In this document: piece by piece, positions 12,497 to 23,258 of the stretch | Position numbering within the stretch: the stretch's first letter is position 1 | Layout of the letters: the number at the start of each line of letters is the position of its first letter | From: Eledone cirrhosa | Lineage: Eukaryota | DNA: 64,000 nucleotides | Direction: 5' to 3' | Assembly: GCA_964016885.1 (NCBI GenBank) | Contig: OZ024749.1 | Span: 17,360,001 to 17,424,000 of the forward strand | Made by a program: the position numbers and the translations under genes | Notes under the pieces: generated by a model | The model's database searches: none | The model's input: the letters and a program-made list of their open reading frames with translations, nothing else | Told to the model about the DNA's origin: nothing

Positions 12497-12815
12497 ATCA
12501 TCATCATCATCATTTTACGTCCTCTTTTCCCTGCTTGCAAGGGTGGGACTGGAACTCATTCTTGCTTGATTTCTACAGCTGGATGCCCTTCCTAACACCA
12601 ACCTCATTTACAGTGTGTGCTGGGTGCTTTTTTGCTGTGGCACCTCCATGACTACTTTGCAGTGGAATGATATGGACCCCAGTCCCTATCATCTCATTTC
12701 TACAGCTGAGTAAACTGGAGCAATGTGAAATAAAGTGTCTTGCTCAAGGAAACAACACATCGCCCGGTCTGAGAATTGAACTCACAACCTTGCAATCGAA
12801 AGGTTGTGAGTTCAA
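12497..12815 (-). mobile_element. tRNA/CORE SINE with RTE-like tail and a 5' foldback
   Basis: Reverse complement of 43292-43626. The head ends in the hairpin TTGAACTCACAACCTT-GCAATCGA-AAGGTTGTGAGTTCAA. Confidence 0.85.
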
Positions 12816-12833
12816 ATATATATATATATATAT

Positions 12834-13393
12834 GGTAAAGGTAACCATAGCAGGTACAGTGAATTTTTTTTAATTTATTTTAAAACTTTTTCTTATTTGC
12901 TAAACCTTGATTATATATGTTCTGGCTCGTCAATTTATTAACCTGCCATAGAACCACATTGGCATATGGTTGGATAATACATGTGTCCCTATATGTATTT
13001 TGCGTGTAGGGATATATACTTTATTATTATTAATCTCCCCCCTGGTCGAGATAACATTTGGTCGTTTTGACTGCTGCTATTTATAGTGGTAGTAGATTGA
13101 CCTTTTCACCTCTGCCTTCTATCTTTGCACACAGCACTGGACAGAATTGCTTCCACATCATTCATTCTCATCTCGGGAACAATTTTGAATAGCGCCAGTT
13201 CGTAATTCGAACTCGGGAATTTTATATTCTCCGAGTGAAAAGAACCTTCTGACGAGAGTTTTTCTTTTCAATGGAGGCCCGTAAGGACTATCCATTTATT
13301 TTTGAGACTCGAAACCGTACGGTAAAGGTAACCATAGCAGGTACAGTGAATTTTTTAAAACTTTTACTTATTTGCTAAACCTTGATTATATAT
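12834..13393 (+). mobile_element. Retrozyme-like or Penelope pLTR-like non-coding element (487-bp unit plus about 70 bp terminal redundancy)
   Basis: GGTAAAGGTAACCATAGCAGGTACAGTGAATTTTTT...TATTTGCTAAACCTTGATTATATAT at 12834-12918 and 13321-13393; contains a hammerhead; (TA)n on both sides. Confidence 0.8.
13244..13329 (+). ncRNA. Type I hammerhead ribozyme fold
   Basis: ACCTT-CTGACGA-GAGTTT..AATGGA..CC-GTAA-GG..TCCATT..AGACTC-GAAA-CCGTACGG-TA-AAGGT: complete core, perfect stem I, extended stem II capped by a GNRA loop, palindromic stem III, predicted cleavage after 13324. Confidence 0.92.
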
Positions 13394-14164
13394 ATATATA
13401 TATATAGTGTGTGTGTGAAGACCAAAATCCAGAGGGGGATAATATAAATATATGTATATATAAGCCGTAGGGCAACTATTTATTAAAATAATGAGTTTCA
13501 GAAGATCCCGTTAAGGGTGAAAGCAACGATTCTTTGCTTAAAGAGAGAGAGAAGGAGAATGATATTTTGATGGTCTTCAAGTTTATTCCAAAGTCTGTTG
13601 ATTGTATAACTAAACTTTGGAGATTTTAAACAAAAAAACTAAGTTATAATGGATACTATCACTGCTATTTCTAGCAGTTAGAGAGACTACGTAGAGGTTC
13701 TCTTATTGATATATAATAGATATTTTCCTGAGTGATACTTTCTGATTTACAATTAATTAAATACGATTAGAACTCTGTCTGAAGGTATTAAATTATATCA
13801 GGGACTTTAACATATGACACTGAAAAGAGTGTTGAAACATTCCCAATGACACCGGTAAGAGAATTGAAACATTCCCAACGACACCGAGTACCTACTGTCT
13901 TAATTATAACTTTAATTAATGTAATTATATCTCTTGTGTAACAATTATATATATATATACACACAGACAATTTTATTTCCCCGACATCAGTCTTACACTG
14001 TCATATCTATTCTTACTTTACAATTGTATCTACTAAGAGTTCCATTACAATCTGTAGTAGTAAAACTACTATTTCACCAGAACATCTGCTATCAGTCATT
14101 TATAGACAATATATATATTTTAGACCACATATCAACCTAATATATATATATATATTTCCTATCA

Positions 14165-14850
14165 AATCTGTAGCTAAAGACATATCCTGGTCTGGGTGTT
14201 CAATCCTGGTCTGAGGGTTGAATCGAGGACTGAGGTTATATCCTGGCCAGTGAGATACACATAAGGAGTCATATTAATCTTTTTTTAATTGTCCTTCTAT
14301 ATTCTTTTGAAAAAGAGAACCCCTGCTTATTTAATTATATTTAATTTAATTTTTTATTTTAGTTAAATTGTCAAAACTACGGACGGTCTAAAGGTTGAGG
14401 AGACAATATAATGTCTATTTCATCTGTCTCCTCCAAATTTAGATCACCAGTGGTTTCGACAATTTCACTAAAATAAAAATTAAATTTAATAAAATTATAT
14501 TAGATAAATAGACATTGGGGTTCTCACCAAAGATTTTCAGTTTTTTCTAAGATGTAAAAGGAAAATTAAAAAAAGATTAATAGGACACATTAGACATGTC
14601 TCCAAGCAAGGATTGAACCAGAGTCATGGATTGAACTTACAGACAAGGGGTCTCACCATCTCTGGTACTTCCCACTAAGCCACCAAGACTGCTACAAAGG
14701 TCTACTGAAAATTAATATTTATAAACCTACTTTCAAAATATAACTAATTTAATTAATTTTATTTTAAAATAAAATAAAATGAATAGGCATTGGGGTTCTC
14801 ACAAAACTTTTTCAGTTTTTTTTTCTAAGAAATGTCAAAGGAATATATAT
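14165..14850. repeat. Foldback (MITE-like) repeat, copy 1 of a tandem arrangement
   Basis: Homologous to 17967-18600 and 18627-18925 (TCTCACCATCTCTGGTACTTCCCACTAAGC; GACATTGGGGTTCTCAC). Confidence 0.75.
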
Positions 14851-15167
14851 ATACTACCAGTTTAGCCCGGCGTTGCTCGGGTTTGTTCATTTGCTATGAA
14901 AAGTTACATACAGGTAAACGTGGTTTGAAAGCGAATAAGCTTATCAATTAAGTGCATAAAGCAGTTGAACCGGTTATTAAAAGTTACGAACCAATTAGCA
15001 TTTTGGTCAATCAATGATGGGTTAATAATCCTCCAATAGCGAATTTAGTAGACCAAAGTTGCAAGATGGTGGCCCTGATGCCGCTGGGTGTCAGATCTGT
15101 CCGCCATGGGATACCCTACCAGGAAATAGTGTTCCAGACGGCATAGCTCCAACACCTGCACCAACAT

Positions 15168-16420
15168 CTATAGCACCTCTTTGTAGACGATATTGCGTGT
15201 CATCCCTTGAGGAGAGTAAGCAAAAAGTCCATTCCTGCTCCCTGCACGGGAACAGGCAACATAAAGTTGGCCATGGGAGAAGCATGGCTCCTCCAAATGG
15301 ATGCCCGCCACCGACAATGTTTGCCCTTGTGACTTGTTAATGGACATGGCAAAACATGGTCTCACCGGGAATTGGGATCGTCGGAAATCGAACGGGATAT
15401 CTGACGCCGAGGGGAAAAGGTTCATCCTTGGAATGAAAACATTCTCCCCTCTTCCGCACCCCGTTACAATGGTGGCCTCAATCAAGTGGGTGTCAGTAAC
15501 TTGACGACCATGCGAGTACCGTTGCACTGCTTTGGTGGACGCAAGTTCCTTATTAGCTAGCATAATGGGACAGCCAACCCTAAGCTTAATAATGTGAGGT
15601 GGGAGCCCTGGGGGCTCAAGGAGATATAATAACTCAACCGGATAATTAACAATATCGTCGGGGTCTGATTTGAAGATGTGCTCTTTACCGGGAATCTTCT
15701 CAATCAGCTGCTCGTTAATAAAATTAACCATGGTATTTTTCGGAGCAAGGATGGCTCTTTCGCTGAGCCAATCGAGGTTTTTAAAGTTAGATGAGACATT
15801 AGGAAAAACTGCTTCCCAAAGGTCAGAAGGGCTGCTCACAATGTTGCACAGGGTGTCGATTGCTATGCCGCCCTTGTCATCCGCAGGGATCTTGCTAAAA
15901 CGTTCTGTGCTGCAGACATGTTGTCACCATGCAAATGAGCACGCATATTTGTGCTCAGGTACAAGCTATTCACCTGGAGCCACAACATGGATGACTTAAG
16001 ACAGGCACGCACTTCATCAGCTCTTGTCCATTTGGGGATGACAGGCAGCGTTTTCCGAAAATCCCCTGATAGCAGAAGGGTTATGCCACCCATAGGAGCC
16101 GTAGAATCCCTAATGTCTTTCCGGGCCCTGTCCAATGCCTCAAGGGCACCCTTGTGTGCCATTGTGCACTCATCCCAAACAATGAGGCAACATCTTTTGA
16201 GAACCAGAGCTTTGTGTGAACTCTTGCTGATATTGCATGTTGGTGTCTCAGTTTTTACTAAATCCAAAGGGAGTTTAAAGGTTGAATGTGCTGTCCTGCC
16301 TCCTGGCAGCAAAGTAGCAGCGATCCTGGACGATGCAACGGACAACGCAACTTTTTTATCCTGACGAATCTTAGCGAGAATCAAATTCGTTACAAAAGTT
16401 TTTCCGGTAGCCCCAGGAGC
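15168..16420 (-). pseudogene. Helitron Pif1-family helicase, frameshifted
   Basis: ORFs 15863-16384 and 15168-15839 carry SF1B/Pif1 motifs in different frames. Confidence 0.9.
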
Positions 16421-17420
16421 GTTTTTTATTGGGGGAATCCGGGGGTTTTTTTTTTACCTTGAGGTATAACCAGTCAGTAGTTCCTTCAAAGGCTCTGGCG
16501 GTTCCGGAAGAGGGGGCAAGGTGACGTTACCGTTTAAGCAGCACATTGCAGGTGGCTCCCCAGCCCACTTTGTAGCATTGCAGAATTGGCAATTGAAGCG
16601 CATCTCGACTTTGAAAGTCTACTGTCTGTTTATGAATATTGTTATTGTTGTTGTGATACAAATGTTAGTAAGTAAATGGGTATCGAAAAATAAAGGGTGA
16701 AAGTTACTTCAACATAAAAATTGACTTTGAAAGTATAAGGCTGATAATTGAATGTAAAAAGATTGATAAGAAAGGCTCCCCCCCAAAAAATGTACAGGTA
16801 TTTGTATGTATGTGTGTATTTTTATGTCGAAAAGAAAGGGTTAAAGTTACTTCTACAGAAAAATATAGTTTGAAAGTGTAAGGCCGATGTGTGTGTAAAT
16901 TAAGTGACAGGTATTTGTATGTATGTGTGTATATGTATGTATGTATGTATGTATGTATTAAAGGTTGAAAGTTACTTCAACATAAAAATTGACTTTGAAA
17001 GTATAAGGCTGATAATTGAATGTAAAAAGATTGATAAGAAAGGCCCCCCAAAAAATTTTACAGGTATTTGTAAGTATGTGTGTATTTTTATGTCGAAAAT
17101 AAAGGGTTAAAGTTACTTATACAGAAAAATTTAGTTTGAAAGTGTAAGGCTGATCTCTTTATTATTATATGCTATTGTTATTTCTAAAACAAACTGTGTA
17201 TGCGTTGATTGATTGAAATTCCCGCGTTCCTGTTTCTATGACGTCAATCGTAACCATACCAACATATATGTGTGTGTATGCACCCACATATATGTGTGTA
17301 TATGTTTTTTTTTCAATGTTTCTCTTTTTCACAAACACTTATAAGAGAAGGTAGCAATTTTAAGGGGAGGTGATGAATGGGAGTAGATATAGGAAACGTA
17401 TATCATATGAGAGAGGAGAA

Positions 17421-17760
17421 ATCATCATCATCATTTCATTTTACGTCCGCTTTTCCCTGCTTGCAAGGGTGGGACGGGAACTGATTCTGGCATGATTTCT
17501 ACAGCTGGATGTCCTTCCTAACACCAACCTCATTTACAGTGAGTGCTGGGTGCTTTTTTGCCGTGGCACCTCCATGACCACTTTGCAGTGGAATGATAGG
17601 GACCCCAGTCCCTATCATCTCATTTCTACAGCTGAGTAAACTGGAGCAATGTGAAATAAAGTCTCTTGCTCAAGGAAACAACACATCACCCGGTCTGAGA
17701 ATTGAACTCACAACCTTTCGATTGCAAGGCCAATGCTCTAACCACTAAGCCATGTGCCTC
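17421..17760 (-). mobile_element. Full-length tRNA/CORE SINE nested in the Helitron
   Basis: Reverse complement of 43292-43626, with A/B boxes, CORE-like CCTTGAGCAAGA.ACTTTATTTCAC and a (GAT)n tail. Confidence 0.88.
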
Positions 17761-17966
17761 CATTGTTGAAATAAATCGATTTTTCCGTAATTGTGCCATT
17801 TTTTACCCAATAAGATCGCCCATGACCCAAGTTAGAATATTTGTAAACATTCTGCTTAATTATTCATTCAATATTTTTGGAATTGTGTAAATGTATAAAA
17901 TTGAAACATACATACAGACACAAAAATCTGCCTTTTATAGATAATTTATAGATAATGATGATACAT

Positions 17967-18925
17967 ATTAAAGTTTAGAACCCCAATGTCTATTTATTTC
18001 GTTTTATTTTTAATTTAATTTAATTTAATTAATTTTATTTTGAAAGTAGGTTTATAAATATTAATTTTCAGTAAATCTTTGTGTCAGTTTCGGTAGCTTA
18101 GTGGGAAGTACCAGAGATGGTGAGATCCTGTTCTGGGTATTCAATCCTGGTCTGAGGGTTGAATTGAGGACTGAGGTTCATGAGATACATGTAAGGTGTC
18201 ATGTTAATCTTTTTTAATTTTCTTTCTATATCTCTTTGAAAAAGAGAACCCCTACTTATTTAATTATATTTAGATAAATAGACATTGGGGTTCTCACCAA
18301 AGATTTTCAGTCTTTTCTAAGGAAAATTAAAAAAAGATTAACAGGACACATTACATGTGTCTCCCAGCAACGATTGATCTCCCAGACCAGGATTGAACCT
18401 ACAAACAAGGATCTCACCATCTCTGGTACTTCCCACTAAGCCGCCAAGACTGCTACAAAGGTCTGCTGAAAATTAATATTTATAAACCTACTTTCAAAAT
18501 AAAATTAATTTTATTAATTTTATTTAAAAATAAAATAAAATAAAATAAATAAACATTGGGGCTCTCACAAAACTTTTTCAGTTTTTTTTCTAAGAAATGT
18601 CAAAGGAATATATATATATATATATATTAAAGTTTAGAACCTCAATGTTGATTTATTTAGTACCAGGGATGGTGAGATCCTGGTCTCGGTGTTCAATTGT
18701 GGTCTGTGGGTTGAATCGAGGACTGAGGTTCAATCCTGTCCTGTGAGATACACATAAGGAGTCATATTAATCTTTTTTAATTTTCCTTCTATATCTTTTT
18801 GAAAAAGAGAACCCCTACTTATTTAATTATATTTAATTTAATTTTTTATTTTAGTTAAATTCTCGAAACCATTGACGATCTAAAAGTTGAAGAGACAATA
18901 TAATGTCTATTTTATCTGCCTCCTC
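17967..18925. repeat. Foldback repeat copies 2 and 3 (inverted-repeat unit of about 600 bp plus a partial copy)
   Basis: GAACCCCAATG...GTAGGTTTATAAATATTAATTTTCAG...GCTTAGTGGGAAGTACCAGAGATGGTGAGATCC (17978-18128) is mirrored at 18408-18565. Confidence 0.8.
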
Positions 18926-18944
18926 AAATATATATATATATACA

Positions 18945-19765
18945 AGTGTTCTTGGCTGTGAAGGGCAGCTCTCCGAGTAGGGTCCTAAAATGGTCCAGCC
19001 TTTTCCTATCCTTTGGCCCTGTTCCCTGGATCTGACTCGAACAGCTTCTCTTCCTCCGTGTGATCTCATTGATGATCATCCAACTCTTCTTACATTCAGA
19101 CCTATCAACCGCTCTCTCCACACTTCTGATCTTCTCTATCAGTGCCTCCTCTCTGGCGTCAGTATAAGTGGTACAGAGTTCTTCCCTCATCACCTCCACA
19201 TTCTCCTTCCTCTCCTCCATAGGATCAGGATAGAATTGGTCCTTGGCAGCTTTCATTGTTCTCTGACTGCAGACACTGTTGGGTCTGCAGAGCTGACATG
19301 CTTCCTCTTGTTCTTTCTCCTCGGCAGCAGGGTCTCACTTGCTTCCACCACTGCATTGGTGAAGTACCCGTACCTCTTCGTCACAATCTCCACACAAAGC
19401 ATTGAACCTGCTGCTCACTTCTACTGTGAACCTCTCCTGTAGCTTATCTTCCTTGAAAGCTCACCAGTCATAGATTGCTCTCCGGAGCTTAGCCTTGCTC
19501 TTTCTTAAGCTCACCCGGACCTCACTCATAACAAGCCACTGCCCCAGTATACTGAAATAGTTGTATGGTTCTGTGTTCAGAACACTATTCTGCCACTTTT
19601 TCCTCACCAGAATGAAATCAATCTGGGACTTGGACAGGTGCATATCTGAGATATAGGTCCACATCTTCCTCGGATTCATCCTAAACCTTAGGTTGGTTGC
19701 TATCACGTTGGCCTGCAGCAGGCTGTCTCTCAGTACTCTTCCATTTTGGTTGGTGTTGTTAGGGA
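18945..19765 (-). mobile_element. LINE ORF2 fragment (AP endonuclease end and linker), different family from the main RTE
   Basis: ORF 19461-19706 MWTYISDMHLSKSQIDFILVRKKWQNSV; ORF 18924-19256 KKSWMIINEITRRK. Confidence 0.8.
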
Positions 19766-20553
19766 ATTACCAGCGAATTACCAAAAGTATAAACAATTAT
19801 TTGTTTCTAAGTTGTTCAATAAAGAAATCTATCTATCTATCTACCTACATATCTATTTATCTATCTCAAAACCTTTTGCAACGTCTATCTTGAGATGTCA
19901 CACACTCTCTTCCTCCATATGATGTTTATGTTTGCCAAGGGGAGATAATTACATGATTGACTTTATGATACATGTGCGTACACACCCACATGCTGCAATG
20001 ATAGACGAACGGCGGTGAATTTGATTTTCGGTGAAAGTTTGATAAGCGTCAACATAACAATTGTGTAACAAGTTGTGTTTCATTGTTTGAACAAATGGAC
20101 CACTATTCTTTCTTCTCGAAACTTTTTTTTATTTCTTCTTACCCTCCTTTCTCGTCCATGGAAGCAAATAAGACATTTATTTTACAAGAGAGTCACTTCA
20201 GAAAATTACGTTATCAATATTGATACAACGCATAATAGTGATAACCATTTCAATGCAACAACTAACTTAAACAACAATAATATTAATGATATAAGGAAAA
20301 AGAGTTCAGAGGAAATTTAACAGAAGAAAGAAGAAATGAATTAAGAGAGGAAACTAGAATTTCTCACAATGAAGCAAGACGAGGGAGGTAGAAGGAAGAC
20401 GAAGGTATGCTAAACTGCGTAGTTCTGTTAAATATTTAATTGGTTTTATTTACAGGTGTTTAAATAACATTACAAATTGTTCACAGTTCTTTCAGAATGA
20501 AAATAAAAACACATATAATACAATGTGTATATATATAAATATACACACACACA

Positions 20554-20599
<46 letters not shown>

Positions 20600-20603
<4 letters not shown>

Positions 20604-21670
20604 ATGGCTGCAAACTCTGCCAATAGTATTGCAATCGCTTGTCAGATTCAGATGTGGGACGCTCGGATATGGCTTTTCAAGCCTGCTAGAGACTTGCACT
20701 CCTTCATACACTGATGACAACTATGGATCTCCCTGGCTTGAGGTCCTGCATCAGGTTGCCCATGAACCCTCACAACACCGTGGAGATCATACTTCACTGG
20801 TTCTCTTTGAACATGGCTGCGACTGTGGCTCCTGAGACCAGATAGGCTCAAGAAAATGTTTCCACACTCAGGGCACTTCAATTCAATGGAGACACGGATA
20901 GTTTCGAGAGATACACCAGGGCATTGCTTACGCACATCCCGTTTGATCTTCTCGTGCTCTATGCGTCTGTCCTCAAAATTATGGACCCCATCATTCACCA
21001 TTCCACGCCAAGTTTCTCTTTCAAGAGTTTCTATCTCCCAGTCAGCCATCATCAAACCAGTTTTTTTCAACGAGTCCTTTACACAATCCTTGATTCGGAG
21101 CTTTGGCTTGTGAGGTGGTCTCTTACCCTCACAAAGCTCGCCATACAAGAGTTGTTTTGGGATTCGATCATCCTCCATTCTGCTGAGGTGTCTGGTCCAT
21201 CGCAAACGCCGTTGGTGGATGATACTCTCAATGCTCCGACACTCACTTCTCTCAAGGACCTCAACATCACTCACATGCAATGCATCTGTCACTTGATACC
21301 GAGCATCTTTCTGAGACACTACTGGTGAAACTGTTCCAGTCTGTGGATATTCCGTTTGTAGGCAACCCATGTCTCACATGCATACAGCAAAGCTGACAGT
21401 ACACATGCAGTATACACTCTCACCTTGGTCCTCATTGTGATTCCTCGCATGCAACAAAGACGGTCGTTGAGCCTTCCAAATGACTCACTTGCCTTACTAA
21501 CACGTAGACCAGCTTCTGCATCCAGAGAGCAGGTTACACTCAGAGTACTCCCCAAATACACAATGTGTCAGCAGCCTTCAGCTTTTGACTGTATACGTGT
21601 ATGGAGGGTTCATTGAAAACTTTATCCGGAGCAGGTTGGTACATGACGACAGTCTTCTTCAGACTGATTG
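20600..21670 (-). mobile_element. RTE/BovB-like LINE 3' end with two C-terminal C2H2 fingers and an adjacent (GT)n tract
   Basis: YLGSTLS...LLYACETW (21319-21561), RRLRWTRHLSRMEDDRIPKQLLYGEL, CPECGNIFLSLSGLRSHSRSH and CHQCMKECKSLAGLKSH (20648-21370). Confidence 0.88.
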
Positions 21671-21673
21671 TAT

Positions 21674-22294
21674 ATCATCATCATCATCATCATCATCAGG
21701 TTTAGCGTCCGTGTTCCACGCTTGCATGGGTTTGGACGGGGGTTTTCCCACTTGAGGCAAGAGTGGTTGTCTTGCTCGCATAGGACTGTCTGGCGGGTTT
21801 TCTACAGTTGGATGCCCTTCCTAACACCAACCACATTTACAGTGTGGGGCTGGGAGGTTTTTACCGTGTTGCCTACATGGCCACATTACAGCGTGGACTG
21901 TCTGGCGGGTTTTCTACAGCTGGATGCCCTTCCTAACACCAACCACATTTACAGTGTGGGGCTGGGAGGTTTTTACCGTGTTGCCTACACGGCCACATTT
22001 ACAGCGTGGACTGTGTGTTTTTTGTCGTGACACCTACACGATCTCATTTGTTTCGGCCTGGATGTTGTGGGACCAACATAACTTTACATTGAAAGGGGCG
22101 GTGTGGGTGGGGTGGAGGTGGTGGGACGGGGGTGTGTTTTGATAGAGATGCCTACTGACTGTAGTAGGTTTTTACTTTGTATTTAGGTAAGGCGGGTCTT
22201 CTCTATTACTGAGTACCGCCAAAGGTCTCGGTCCAGTGACATTGTCTTGGAGAGGTGTAAGCGTGTGAGGTCGGAATTTATCAGCTCGTCCCAT

Positions 22295-22297
<3 letters not shown>
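21674..22297 (-). mobile_element. RTE LINE 3' end (young subfamily)
   Basis: Near-identical to the reverse complement of 46085-46712; (ATC)n at 21674. Confidence 0.9.
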
Positions 22298-22346
<49 letters not shown>

Positions 22347-23258
22347 CAAGCAGTTGTTACGTAATTTGCATCCAGTGAATGCGAGTGTCGTATATGTCTT
22401 TTTTGGTCCCGTTAAGCTCATATGTGTGTGTGTGTGTGTGTCTGCCTGTCTGTGTGTATGTCTGTGTCTGTGAATGTGTGTGTGTGTGTGTGTGTCTGTA
22501 TGTGTCTGTGTGTGTGTCTCTGCCTGTCTGTGTGTGTGTGCGTCTGTATGTATGTGTGTGTGTCCGTGTGTGAATATGTATATGTGTGTCCGTGGGTGTC
22601 AATAGGTAAATAAAATCCAAGCTATCTCCTCTCCAAAACTCCAATATTATCAGACGTTGTAACAACTCAGCAGTAGTAGTATAAATATATAAATTGCAAC
22701 AACAACAATAACAATTTCATTTTTATTTTAGCTGAGCTACCTGGTGATATGAAAGTTTCAATATATTTGGCACACATTACAAAATATTTGACCATTCAAA
22801 TATGATTGCTGAATTTTAACCAAAGTATAGCAGAATATTTATTGCCGTTTGGTCAAAGTAAATCATCTAGATAAAAATATGTTTTTTCCAGTGGTGATTT
22901 TTTTGAATACTGCTCCCTATTACAGTCAGCATATATAATACTTTACTCATAGATGAATCATTAGGTATGTTGTCACTGAAAAGGGCATGACCCAAAAAAT
23001 ACATTTAGATTTTTTTTATTTACGTTTTCTTTCTTTCTTTCTTTTTTTTTTTTTGCTCAATCTGAACATCTGAAATTCAAACAACATGTAAAGACTATTT
23101 TAAAAAACCATAAATAAAATAAGAACATAAATTTATCACTGGTTTATGATTGAATGAAGTGTTTACTTACTCATTTCTGTAATCCAAGGAAAGGTGGGAT
23201 TTGAAGGAAATTTGGCTGCTATTTCTACCCAACAAAGTTCTCACTTATACTACTTCAT

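Larger units (their letters stand above)
14854..17961 (-). mobile_element. Non-autonomous Helitron (Rep domain deleted), both termini visible
   Basis: Minus strand: A|TC... 5' end at 17961; 3' hairpin CCCGAGCAACGCCGGG then GTAG|T at 14854. Pif1 helicase fragments 15168-16420 (APGATGKT, IVWDECTM, GDFRKTLPV, QFPVRPCFAMSINKSQGQT, HGQLYVACSR). N-terminal Cys motif CQFCNATKWAGEPPAMCC at 16470-16603. Confidence 0.9.

Noticed and set aside
13495-13545. CAGAAGA-TCCC..GGGT-GAAAG, hammerhead-like spacing (also 28700-28750)
   Set aside because: Core reads CAGA, not CTGA, in both copies, and stems I and III are missing.
20648-20880. Two C2H2 fingers that might be a host ZNF gene
   Set aside because: They are in frame with the LINE C-terminus and lack TGEKP linkers, so they belong to the retroelement.
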